Below, piece by piece: positions 9,665 to 17,976 of a stretch of DNA of 49,273 bases. The notes beneath the pieces are model-generated. The model was not told where the DNA came from, ran no database searches, and saw only the letters and a list, made by a program, of their open reading frames with translations. The position numbers were made by a program, and so were the translations under genes. Source of the stretch: Terriglobia bacterium (lineage in GTDB: Bacteria; Acidobacteriota; Terriglobia; 20CM-2-55-15); contig CAXWPJ010000008.1 of the NCBI GenBank assembly GCA_963664115.2, forward strand, positions 1-49,273. Reading direction: 5' to 3'. Position 1 is the stretch's first letter. Every line of letters starts with the position of its first letter.

Positions 9665-10021
9665 GTGAAGGTGCACATACCCGGGCCCCTGCGATCCTAC
9701 ACCGCGGGCTTGCGCGTGGTTGAAGTCAAGGGAGAGACCCTAGCCGACCTGTTCCTTTCTCTGGATGACGCTTTCCCCGGTCTTCGGTTCCGGATTGTTG
9801 ACGAGCAAGACCGAATCCGGGAACACATCAAGATATTCGTCGACTCGGAACAACATAAAGAACTGTCCTTCACCGTGAACCCTCGCTCCGAGGTTCAGAT
9901 CGTCTGTGCGTTGAGTGGGGGACTCGACTGCGTCCATGGTCGAATAGCACCAATCATGAGCTGCTATAGTCAACGTTCATGTGTGGCCGATACACCGCCT
10001 CTGCAGCGCAAGCAGTCATAG
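9665..10021 (+). CDS. MoaD/ThiS ubiquitin-like protein with 32-aa extension after the GG motif
   Basis: VHIPGPLRSYT..FPGLRFRIVDEQDRIREHIKIFVD..ALSGG; GG ends at 9922 but the frame stays open to 10021; start may be GTG 9644 or 9665. Confidence 0.8.
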   Translation: MKVHIPGPLRSYTAGLRVVEVKGETLADLFLSLDDAFPGLRFRIVDEQDRIREHIKIFVDSEQHKELSFTVNPRSEVQIVCALSGGLDCVHGRIAPIMSCYSQRSCVADTPPLQRKQS

Positions 10022-10620
10022 AGGACTACTTCGGCGCTGAATTTTCTGAAACCCACATTCCGTCCTACAACGCCAGCCCGGGTCAGCACCTTCCGGCTAT
10101 TCTCGACACAGAGCCCGGAAAGATTGTCTCTGTGTTGTGGGGGATAAAGCCGTCCTGGGGGAAACATCCGAGCCGCCTCCTGATAAACGCGCGATCAGAG
10201 ACTGTCAACCAACGCCCGACGTTTCGGCAGTCTTTCCAGAAGCGCAGATGCCTGATTGTTGCTGACGGATTTTACGAGTGGCAGTCCACGAAAGACGGTA
10301 AGCAGCCGTTCAGGATAATGCTGAAGACTGGGGAGCCCTTTGCATTTGCCGGTATCTGGAAAGAATTCGACGGTCTGCCTGCCTACGTGATCCTGACCAC
10401 GGAGGCCAACCGTGTGATGCGGACTATCCATGAGCGGATGCCGGTCATCTTAGAGCGTGGGCAACTGGTGACCTGGCTCGATACTGACCTGCCGGAGGGC
10501 GATGCTCTGGATTTGCTGTGTCCCTATCCCGAGGACGCGATCACTGCTTACCCGGTCTCCCGGGCCGTGAACAGTTCGAAGAACCAGTCTTCGGATTTGA
10601 TCGAACCTCAGAGTTCCTGA
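9979..10620 (+). CDS. SOS response-associated peptidase (SRAP/YedK/HMCES family)
   Basis: MCGRY N-terminus, YNASP, INARSET, RCLIVADGFYEW, IHERMPVIL. Confidence 0.95.
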   Translation: MCGRYTASAAQAVIEDYFGAEFSETHIPSYNASPGQHLPAILDTEPGKIVSVLWGIKPSWGKHPSRLLINARSETVNQRPTFRQSFQKRRCLIVADGFYEWQSTKDGKQPFRIMLKTGEPFAFAGIWKEFDGLPAYVILTTEANRVMRTIHERMPVILERGQLVTWLDTDLPEGDALDLLCPYPEDAITAYPVSRAVNSSKNQSSDLIEPQSS

Positions 10621-10649
10621 TGATCTTCAGAGCCATCGCTCCTTAAATT

Positions 10650-11068
10650 GGATTGCAGTAGTGATAAAGTCTTATAAGCCACTGCAATCCGGTGCATGCT
10701 GGCGGGAACTCACGAAATCCATCGCCTCCAGAGGTAGGGCAGTATTGTGAAGTTGATCATGACCACTGCGATCCAAATCTTGCTAGAGGTAATATCGTGA
10801 TTACACTACTGCGATCCGAGCCTGAATAACACCGGATCAAAAATACCAGCGCCATCGTTAGATCGCAGTAGTAAATCATTAGAAATAACTACTGCGGTTC
10901 ATGTCGTGCTAGATCCTAGTTTATAAATTTCGCTACTGCAAATCGAGGTACTCTGATTCTGACCCACGAATGGATGGCCTCCCGTCGGACCACGGTAGTA
11001 TATTATTATTATCGAATACTGCATTTCAGACCATGCTAGAGCTTAGACGTGAAATTAACTACTGATCC
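10650..11068. repeat. Array of seven ~31-bp boxes in a ~127-bp higher-order tandem repeat
   Basis: ACTGC/ACTGA right arms at 10681, 10765, 10808, 10891, 10935, 11018, 11061; left arms GCAGT/GCTAG/ACGGT 26 bp upstream (27 in box 5). Confidence 0.85.
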
Positions 11069-11849
11069 GACCAAGAGGACACCAGATCTCGGGCTCGTCT
11101 TTTGCACTCCTGCGGGCGTCAAGAACGTCGAGATCAAGAACGAAGTGATCGTCGGAGAGTGGACGGATGAAGACCTTTTACTGACGCACCAATTCGAAAG
11201 AAGAGGAGTGATCGCAGAGGAGTTTGTCAGTTGTTCGAGCGATCCAGAACGCGTTGCCGAGTTTACAAAGAAGTACGGCCCTTTGTTTTTCGAGGAGAAA
11301 CCGAATTGGGTCCGAGAATATTTTGGAGCCACCTACACGGCTTTCTTTGAACGGATCAAGCCCTTGCGAGGGGTCGCTCTTTCCGATACTGCTGAGGTGG
11401 ATCGGCAGTTTCCAGATCGGCAAAAACCCTTCGAAGTCGATATAAGGGAATGGCTCTCGGCCCAAACCGGTTTTCGGAATACCTGGAGCGTCATCAGTGC
11501 ATGGCCGAAAGGCAGAGAGAAAGCCATGCCTATCATCGGAACGCTTCCGGGTGAGGAATTTCGTTTAGTCGATGGGCAACTCACATTTCGAACCGCAGAC
11601 CTTCACCGCTTCTTGCTTTTGGATCTGTTTTCAGTTGCTAGTGAACGCATACGAGTCTGCAGACGCACTGACTGCGACAAAGTTCCCTATTTCATCGCCG
11701 CCCACCTTGGACAGTGGTATTGCTCAAGAATGTGCTCCGACTGGGCACAGCGCGAACATCGGAGGAAGTGGTGGGCGAAAAACGGCAAGGAAATGCGCGA
11801 GCGGCAGAACCTAGCAAAGAAGAAAAAAATAAAACAGACCAGGGGTTAG
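11049..11849 (+). CDS. Hypothetical protein with C-terminal CGNR-like C4 zinc finger and basic tail (putative DNA-binding)
   Basis: C-x4-C-x15-C-x3-C then Arg/Lys-rich helix; FTKKYGPL motif; GTG start uncertain. Confidence 0.7.
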   Translation: MKLTTDPTKRTPDLGLVFCTPAGVKNVEIKNEVIVGEWTDEDLLLTHQFERRGVIAEEFVSCSSDPERVAEFTKKYGPLFFEEKPNWVREYFGATYTAFFERIKPLRGVALSDTAEVDRQFPDRQKPFEVDIREWLSAQTGFRNTWSVISAWPKGREKAMPIIGTLPGEEFRLVDGQLTFRTADLHRFLLLDLFSVASERIRVCRRTDCDKVPYFIAAHLGQWYCSRMCSDWAQREHRRKWWAKNGKEMRERQNLAKKKKIKQTRG

Positions 11850-11858
11850 GAACTAAGG

Positions 11859-11951
11859 GACGGAGACCTAATTCAATATGACCTCATCTGGTGAGATCCC
11901 TTACGCGGTGACAGCCCCGAATTTGGTCTCCGTCATCTATACCTCGTCCCC
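11859..11951. repeat. REP-like GGGGAC/GACGGAGACC palindromic element
   Basis: GACGGAGACCTAATTC (11859-11874) pairs with GAATTTGGTCTCCGTC (11919-11934); related arms at 12840-12871 and 17773-17797. Confidence 0.7.
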
Positions 11952-11960
11952 TGACTCCGG

Positions 11961-12818
11961 TTATTCCATTGACCGGGTTAATTCCGCGTAAATTCCCTGT
12001 GGCCCCTGGCCGCCGCGTCCGGAAAGATCCCAGCCCAAGTCTTCACTCTCGAGACTGATGAGGAATTCATCTGACGACATACCTTGAGAAATTAGTTCTC
12101 TCGCGCGCGTTTCGAGAGCGGCAAACTTGTTTCGAAACACCCGGACTTCGTCTTTGGTCAGCAGTGCGCCGTGTCCCGGAATGGCTGTAACGAAGTCCAG
12201 TTCCAGCATGCTGTCGAGCGTGTCCACCCATTCCACGAAGCTTCCACCGTTATTGAAGTCGATGAAGATGTTTCCTGTGTTGAGTAGATCGCCTCCGTGG
12301 ATGACTCGGAGGTCGGGGAAGTAAATGACCGAATCGCCATTGGTGTGACCGCGGCCCATGTGGTGTGCCTGGACTTCCACGTCACCGACAAAAACGGCGG
12401 TCTCATTGGAAAAGATGATCGACGGTGGACCGGTCTGACTGTTTCTCAGGATGTTGGCCCGCACGTTCTTGTGTGCGATCACCGGTGCATTGCCGGCGAA
12501 CTGGGCGTTGCTGCCGGTGTGGTCGCCATGGTGGTGCGTGTTCAGGACATATTTGACCGGTTCATCCGTGACACTTCGGATGTTGGTCATGATTTCGTCG
12601 TAGTTCCGTTCGAACTTGTCATCGATAACGATGACACCGTCGCCGGTGACGCGGACACCGATGTTACCTCCGGGTCCTGTGATCATGTACAGGCCGTCAA
12701 CGACTTCAGTGATGGCAAGCGGCGGTTGGGCTTGCTGCGCTTGAGTAAACGCAGTCACTGTGGCGGCGCCTACACCGACCAAGGCCGCCAGGGCGATAAC
12801 CAGAATCTTGTTACGCAT
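11961..12818 (-). CDS. Secreted MBL-fold metallo-hydrolase (cyclase-like)
   Basis: NTHHHGDHTG, GHTNGD, GDL, IPGHG; ATG 12818 after GGAGG. Confidence 0.88.
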   Translation of the reverse strand: MRNKILVIALAALVGVGAATVTAFTQAQQAQPPLAITEVVDGLYMITGPGGNIGVRVTGDGVIVIDDKFERNYDEIMTNIRSVTDEPVKYVLNTHHHGDHTGSNAQFAGNAPVIAHKNVRANILRNSQTGPPSIIFSNETAVFVGDVEVQAHHMGRGHTNGDSVIYFPDLRVIHGGDLLNTGNIFIDFNNGGSFVEWVDTLDSMLELDFVTAIPGHGALLTKDEVRVFRNKFAALETRARELISQGMSSDEFLISLESEDLGWDLSGRGGQGPQGIYAELTRSME

Positions 12819-12839
12819 CGACTGATCCTCCAACGATTA

Positions 12840-12871
12840 GGGGACTTAGTTAAGTGACGGAGACCGAATTC
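12840..12871. repeat. REP-like arm, inverted copy of 11919-11951
   Basis: GGGGAC-N9-TGACGGAGACCGAATTC versus reverse complement of 11919-11951, GGGGAC-N10-TGACGGAGACCAAATTC. Confidence 0.65.
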
Positions 12872-13351
12872 ACAGCAATCATATCCGTTGAGGGCCGTTT
12901 GATGAAAAGAGATCTGTATCTGAGTCCGACCCTTTCGGATTGGCTGCAGATTTCCGCTGTCGGAGAACGCGGCCGGAAAAACGTTCCATCTCTCTAAGAA
13001 ACGCTTCGTGTTTGCAGGGTACGCCCGGGAACGTGTTTGCCTGAATCTCCAGATCCAGCTTGGGATCGTTGTCAGGACATTTTCAGTCGGTCCAGGCCCG
13101 TCCCTGAAGCCGTGGTTTCCAGTCCGGGTCCAGCAATGGGTCCGATTTACCGTGGTATCGTGCTCGGGTGCTCGACCACGGTTAGTTCTGGGCCCGCCGG
13201 TCGATCTCCAGACAATAGATCGCGCGATTGCTTAATTGTGGGATCCGGAGTGGGATCCGGAACGTCCGTTCGATTTGCAGTGGCAGTTCCTGGCGGTCGG
13301 CCGCATCTCGGGGGGACCGTCGTATCGCAGTCGGCCGTCTATGGCCGTGCG

Positions 13352-14508
13352 CTAGTGTACCCCGCTCGAAGTAATGTAACTAAAATAGCTTTCCAACGTC
13401 CAATAGAGAATGAGGAAAGCACCGACCATTGAATTGGATGACAAGCAGCGGATGGAGTTGGAGCGACTGAGTCGAAGCCGGAGTACATCGGTCCGGTTGG
13501 CGGAACGATCCCGAATTGTATTACTGGCCGCTGAAGGTCGGAACAATTATGAGATCGCCGCCCGCTTGGAGATCACGCGCCAGAAAGCGGGCCGCTGGCG
13601 CAATCGTTTTGTGGAACAGGGCTTGGCTGGGATCGAAAAGGATGCGCCGCGAAGCGGACGGATTCCCACGATCAGTCGCCGGAAGCGAGCCCGGATCGTC
13701 AAGAAGACACTGGAAGAGAAGCCCCCGAACGCGACGCACTGGAGTCGGGCCTCGATGGCGAAGGCCGTTGGCGTGAGCGAGTCCACGGTCGGGAAAATCT
13801 GGCGGGTCCATGGACTGAAGCCTCATCTGTCACGAACCTTCAAACTATCCAACGACAAACGATTCGCCGAAAAGCTGGAGGATGTGGTCGGTCTGTATCT
13901 GAGCCCACCGGAAAACGCCATTGTCTTGTCCTGCGATGAGAAGAGCCAGATGCAGGCCCTGGACCGCACGCAACCCGGGTTACCTCTGAAGAAGGGGCGG
14001 TGTGGCACCATGACCCACGATTACAAACGTAACGGGACAACCACGCTTTTCGCCGCGCTCAACATCCTGGACGGTTCGGTCATCGGAACCTGCATGCCAA
14101 AGCATCGCCATCAGGAATGGATCCGGTTTCTGAATCAGATCAAACGCGCCATGCCGAAAGATAAGGAGATCCACATTATTTGCGACAACTATGCGACTCA
14201 CAAACATCAGAAAGTCGTCAACTGGCTCAAGCGTAACAAGCGTTTTCATGTGCACTTCACGCCAACCAGTGCGTCGTGGCTCAACATGGTCGAGCGCTTT
14301 TTCCGGGATCTGTCCGAGCAACGACTCCGGCGTGGCGTTTTCCGCTCGGTCCCCGAGTTGATCCAGGCCGTGGAGGACTACCTCGCTCGTCACAATGAAG
14401 ACCCGAAACCCTTCATCTGGACTGCAACGGCTTCCGACATCCTTGCTAAAGTCCAGCGCGGCCGGCGAAATCTTGATAAGTTACAGTCTGTTTAACGGGG
14501 ACCACTAG
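13352..14508 (+). mobile_element. IS630-family insertion sequence
   Basis: Imperfect TIRs CTAGTG..CCCG..TGTAACT at both ends, CTAG (TA) target, intact transposase. Confidence 0.9.
13410..14495 (+). CDS. IS630 family transposase
   Basis: HTH N-terminus; DEKSQMQAL, THDYKRNGT, DNYATHK, SWLNMVER DDE motifs. Confidence 0.96.
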   Translation: MRKAPTIELDDKQRMELERLSRSRSTSVRLAERSRIVLLAAEGRNNYEIAARLEITRQKAGRWRNRFVEQGLAGIEKDAPRSGRIPTISRRKRARIVKKTLEEKPPNATHWSRASMAKAVGVSESTVGKIWRVHGLKPHLSRTFKLSNDKRFAEKLEDVVGLYLSPPENAIVLSCDEKSQMQALDRTQPGLPLKKGRCGTMTHDYKRNGTTTLFAALNILDGSVIGTCMPKHRHQEWIRFLNQIKRAMPKDKEIHIICDNYATHKHQKVVNWLKRNKRFHVHFTPTSASWLNMVERFFRDLSEQRLRRGVFRSVPELIQAVEDYLARHNEDPKPFIWTATASDILAKVQRGRRNLDKLQSV

Positions 14509-16357
14509 TCCCTGAACAAGCGTGATTGACGAGGAAATGATAGTGCAATAAGAGCGGAAGTACCCGAAATGCCCCCTCTCCGTGCGAAAAAAACCTTGAA
14601 CAGATTCTTCGGAAAAGGAGGCATTTCAGATGAACGATTATACGCGCAAGAACATGAGGAACCGCAAGCGGCGAATCGAACGTCGGCTTGGGGACCGGCA
14701 TTGGACGGATCAGGTAGAGCCGATGTTTTCGGCGAGCAACATTCAGTACGAGATGGGAGAGCGGACGCGGGGCACATCGGTTGGTGGTATCGGGACGATG
14801 CAACTGGTGGCGCGGCGGACCGGGCTGATCGAAGCCATCGACAAGGGCGTGCATGTGTTGAAGCGGCACCTGCCGTATCACGAGTCGGATCACGTGCTGA
14901 ACATCGCCTACAACGCCTTGAGCGGAGGAACGTGCCTGGAAGACATCGAACTGCGGCGCAACGATGCGGTGTATCTGGATGCGCTGGGAGCGCAACGGAT
15001 TCCGGATCCGACGACGGCGGGAGACTTCTGCCGGAGATTCGAGGCCGACGACGTGGAGTGTCTGATGGAGGCAACCAATCAAGTCCGGCTCGGAGTCTGG
15101 CGACAGCAACCGGCGGCGTTTTTCGAAGAAGCGGTGTTGGACGCGGACGGGACACTGGCCGAAACCACGGGGGAATGCAAGCAAGGGATGGACGTGGCCT
15201 ACGACGGGACGTGGGGATATCACCCGCTGATGATCTCGCTGGCCAACACCGCCGAACCGCTGTATCTGGTCAATCGTAGCGGCAACCGGCCGTCGCATGA
15301 AGGAGCCGCGGTCCGGTTCGACCAAGCCATCGCATTGTGCCGGCATGCGGGGTTTCGCCAGATCCTGCTGCGCGGGGACACGGACTTCAGCCAGACCCGG
15401 CATCTGGACGGATGGGACGACCAGCAGGTGGGTTTCATATTCGGGATTGACGCGATGGCGAACCTGAAGGCCCGGGCCGATGAACTGGAGCCGCGCCAGT
15501 GGAAGCGCCTGGAACGGCCCGCGAAATACGACGTGGCGACCGAACCGCGCCAACGTCCCGACAACGTGAAGGAAGAGATCGTTCGGCAGCGCGGTTTCGA
15601 CAATATCCGCTTGCAGGGTGAGGATGTGGCCGAGTTTCGGTATCGACCCGGAGCCTGCGATCGGGACTACCGTGTCGTCGTGGTGCGGAAGAATCTGTCG
15701 GTGGCCAAAGGAGAGCAGGTGTTGTTTGACGACATCCGGTACTTCTTCTACATTACCAACCGTTCGGATCCGGCCGACCAGATTGTGATGCGTGCCAATC
15801 AACGGTGCAATCAGGAGAATCTCATTGAGCAGTTGAAGAACGGCGTTCAGGCGTTGCGGATGCCGGTCGGAGATCAGACCAGCAACTGGGCCTACATGGT
15901 GATCGCGTCACTGGCCTGGACACTGAAAGCGTGGTTTGCATTGCTGCTTCCCGAAACCGGACGTTGGGGCCAAAAATATCAGGCTGAGAAGCAAACCGTG
16001 CTGCGCATGGAGTTCAAAACCTTCTTGAACGCTTTCATGCTTGTGCCGTGCCAACTCGTGCGCACCGGGCGGCGCATTCTGTTCCGGATCCTGGCCTGGA
16101 ACCGGTGGTTGCCGGTCTTGTTCCGCGGGGTGGATGTGTTGCGTCAGCCTCTGCGATGTTGACCCGATCATGACTCTGAGCCCGGGCGATCGAGGTCCCG
16201 GTTTCTGTCAACCGTCCAACACCAGCGAGGCTGAACTGAAACAGATTCAACAGAAACTCGATACCTGGAACAGGCCATCCGGGAACGGGATTCTATGCCT
16301 CGAATTCTATCGGCGCGAACTGGGCCTCGGCGGACTGGTTATGCGCTTGTTTTGGGA
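14509..16357 (+). mobile_element. IS1380-family insertion sequence
   Basis: TIRs TCCCTGAACAAGCG / CGCTTGTTTTGGGA flanked by CTAG on both sides. Confidence 0.88.
14630..16162 (+). CDS. IS1380 family transposase
   Basis: IPDPTTAGDFCRRF, LDADGT, GYHPL, LRGDTDF, RCNQENLIEQLK motifs; GGAGG RBS. Confidence 0.92.
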   Translation: MNDYTRKNMRNRKRRIERRLGDRHWTDQVEPMFSASNIQYEMGERTRGTSVGGIGTMQLVARRTGLIEAIDKGVHVLKRHLPYHESDHVLNIAYNALSGGTCLEDIELRRNDAVYLDALGAQRIPDPTTAGDFCRRFEADDVECLMEATNQVRLGVWRQQPAAFFEEAVLDADGTLAETTGECKQGMDVAYDGTWGYHPLMISLANTAEPLYLVNRSGNRPSHEGAAVRFDQAIALCRHAGFRQILLRGDTDFSQTRHLDGWDDQQVGFIFGIDAMANLKARADELEPRQWKRLERPAKYDVATEPRQRPDNVKEEIVRQRGFDNIRLQGEDVAEFRYRPGACDRDYRVVVVRKNLSVAKGEQVLFDDIRYFFYITNRSDPADQIVMRANQRCNQENLIEQLKNGVQALRMPVGDQTSNWAYMVIASLAWTLKAWFALLLPETGRWGQKYQAEKQTVLRMEFKTFLNAFMLVPCQLVRTGRRILFRILAWNRWLPVLFRGVDVLRQPLRC

Positions 16358-16692
16358 CTAGTTTACGTAACGTCCCTATGCATTAAGTCGGGACAGCGTA
16401 TAAAATTCAGGGGTGCTGGCGGGAACCCGATCCCTGCAAAGCCGGGGATGGCCGCTGGTTTTTCAGACACCGCGGCAAGCGGCACTGGTCGGCATGATGA
16501 TCGGTATCGAATTGAAGTTCCTGGATATCTGCAGAAAAATCGTGCATGGACTTCACGATTGTTATGATTTTAAGCGAGGCTCTTGTTTACACAATTGACT
16601 GTAGTTGGGACCAGAAGGTTTCTGTGACACAGCACGAAGATCGGGAATCCTGATTTCGACCCCGCTCACGGGGAAAGCCACTTGGAGAACTT

Positions 16693-17736
16693 ATGAAAAT
16701 TAAGACTGCGGGCACGATCGCTTGTACCTTGCTTGGATTGATTCTTGTGTCAGATACGATTGCTGTCGCTGGGCAAGGAAACGCTGGAGGACAGCGTACT
16801 TTCCGGCAACCGACACCGGTTAAAGAGGTGATGGTTACCGCCATCCCCGGGGTTATCGCGGCGGGCTCTCAATGGACGCTCGTCTGGCAAGGACCCGACA
16901 ACGCCGACGGCATCATCGGAACCGAAGAAGGTGGCCTGTTGTTTGCGCAGGAACAACCCAGCACAATCGGCATGCTGGACACGAACGATCAATTTTCTAT
17001 TTTTGTCAGAGACACCCGTGGGACCGGAGCGGTAGCTATCGACAGCAATGGTCGAGTTCTGGGAGTGGAGCGGACCTGTTCGGATCCGGGCGGAAATCCT
17101 GAGGAATGTCGTGAGCTACCGGAACTGGTGGTTCTATGGCCAACGCGGGAGACGCTGGCAAGCAAGTTCGGAGACCAGACGTTCTGGCGCATGGGCGAAG
17201 TCGTCGCTGACTCGAAGGGTGGCGCCTATTTCAACGACAATACGCCGGGACTTTACTACTTCAGCGCCGCCGGCGAAGTCAGCCTGGTTGCAGGCGATGA
17301 AGTGAGCTCGAACGGCCTGGCGCTGAGTCGCGATGAAACGATCCTCTACTCAACCAATGGCAACACGATCGTGACCTTCGATGCCCGGCCGGATGGGACC
17401 ACTAGTAATCAACGAACCTTTGCCACTTTGGAAGGCGGCGCTAGGGGAGACGGTATGTGCATCGACTCTGAAGGCCGTCTCTATGTTTCCGCAGGCGATA
17501 CCGGCATTCAGGTATTCGATCGCTTGGGACAGCACCTTGGCTCCATTCCTCTTCCAAGGTCTGCTTCGAGCTGCGCGTTTTCCGGACCAGACAAGAAGGT
17601 GCTGTACGGGAAGGGTGCAGGCATGACCGGCCCGGACGGCCAAGAGTACAGAACTCCTGCGGGTGTGCGGAATAACGCCAAAGCGATCTACAGAATAAAC
17701 ATGATCGCTCAGGGCTTCCTCGGTCGTCCGAAATAA
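16693..17736 (+). CDS. SMP-30/gluconolactonase family protein, secreted
   Basis: NGLALSRDE, GDGMCIDSEGRLYV, CAFSGPD; signal peptide. Confidence 0.88.
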   Translation: MKIKTAGTIACTLLGLILVSDTIAVAGQGNAGGQRTFRQPTPVKEVMVTAIPGVIAAGSQWTLVWQGPDNADGIIGTEEGGLLFAQEQPSTIGMLDTNDQFSIFVRDTRGTGAVAIDSNGRVLGVERTCSDPGGNPEECRELPELVVLWPTRETLASKFGDQTFWRMGEVVADSKGGAYFNDNTPGLYYFSAAGEVSLVAGDEVSSNGLALSRDETILYSTNGNTIVTFDARPDGTTSNQRTFATLEGGARGDGMCIDSEGRLYVSAGDTGIQVFDRLGQHLGSIPLPRSASSCAFSGPDKKVLYGKGAGMTGPDGQEYRTPAGVRNNAKAIYRINMIAQGFLGRPK

Positions 17737-17976
17737 CGCACTCGGCAGGTTAGTGTCAACTTAGGGAAAGGTGAATTCGGGGACGGAGCCTGAATTCGCG
17801 GCGGTCCTATGCGTTGAGACCCGTTCGATGGAAGGAGGTTGGTTTCGTTAATTTGACAGTACCAATTGAAGGAAGGTTTGTCAGTGACAACGATAGGCTC
17901 AGGCCCGAATCGCAGGGGACGCCTATCGATCGTGTCGGCGCTTGGCGTTGGGGCCGAGCCCGGAGGAGGAAGCTCG

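Noticed and set aside
10650-11068. Array as CRISPR, integron attC or E. coli-type LexA boxes
   Set aside because: No identical direct repeats or cas genes, no RYYYAAC/GTTRRRY ends, and the arms are oriented CAGT..ACTG with 21 bp between rather than CTG-N10-CAG.
14492-15802. 436-aa antisense ORF and similar long shadow ORFs (e.g. 26596-27408, 30311-31123, 36251-37057)
   Set aside because: Antisense to well-supported genes; typical of GC-rich codon bias.
10697-16426. 13-nt match TGCTGGCGGGAAC at ~10697 and ~16414
   Set aside because: Matches of this length are expected by chance in 49 kb.
13037-16567. ORFs 13037-13432 and 16295-16567 join in frame at the CTAG when both IS are removed
   Set aside because: The joined peptide has no recognisable motif or RBS and looks like GC-rich non-coding translation; cannot support an interrupted gene without BLASTX.
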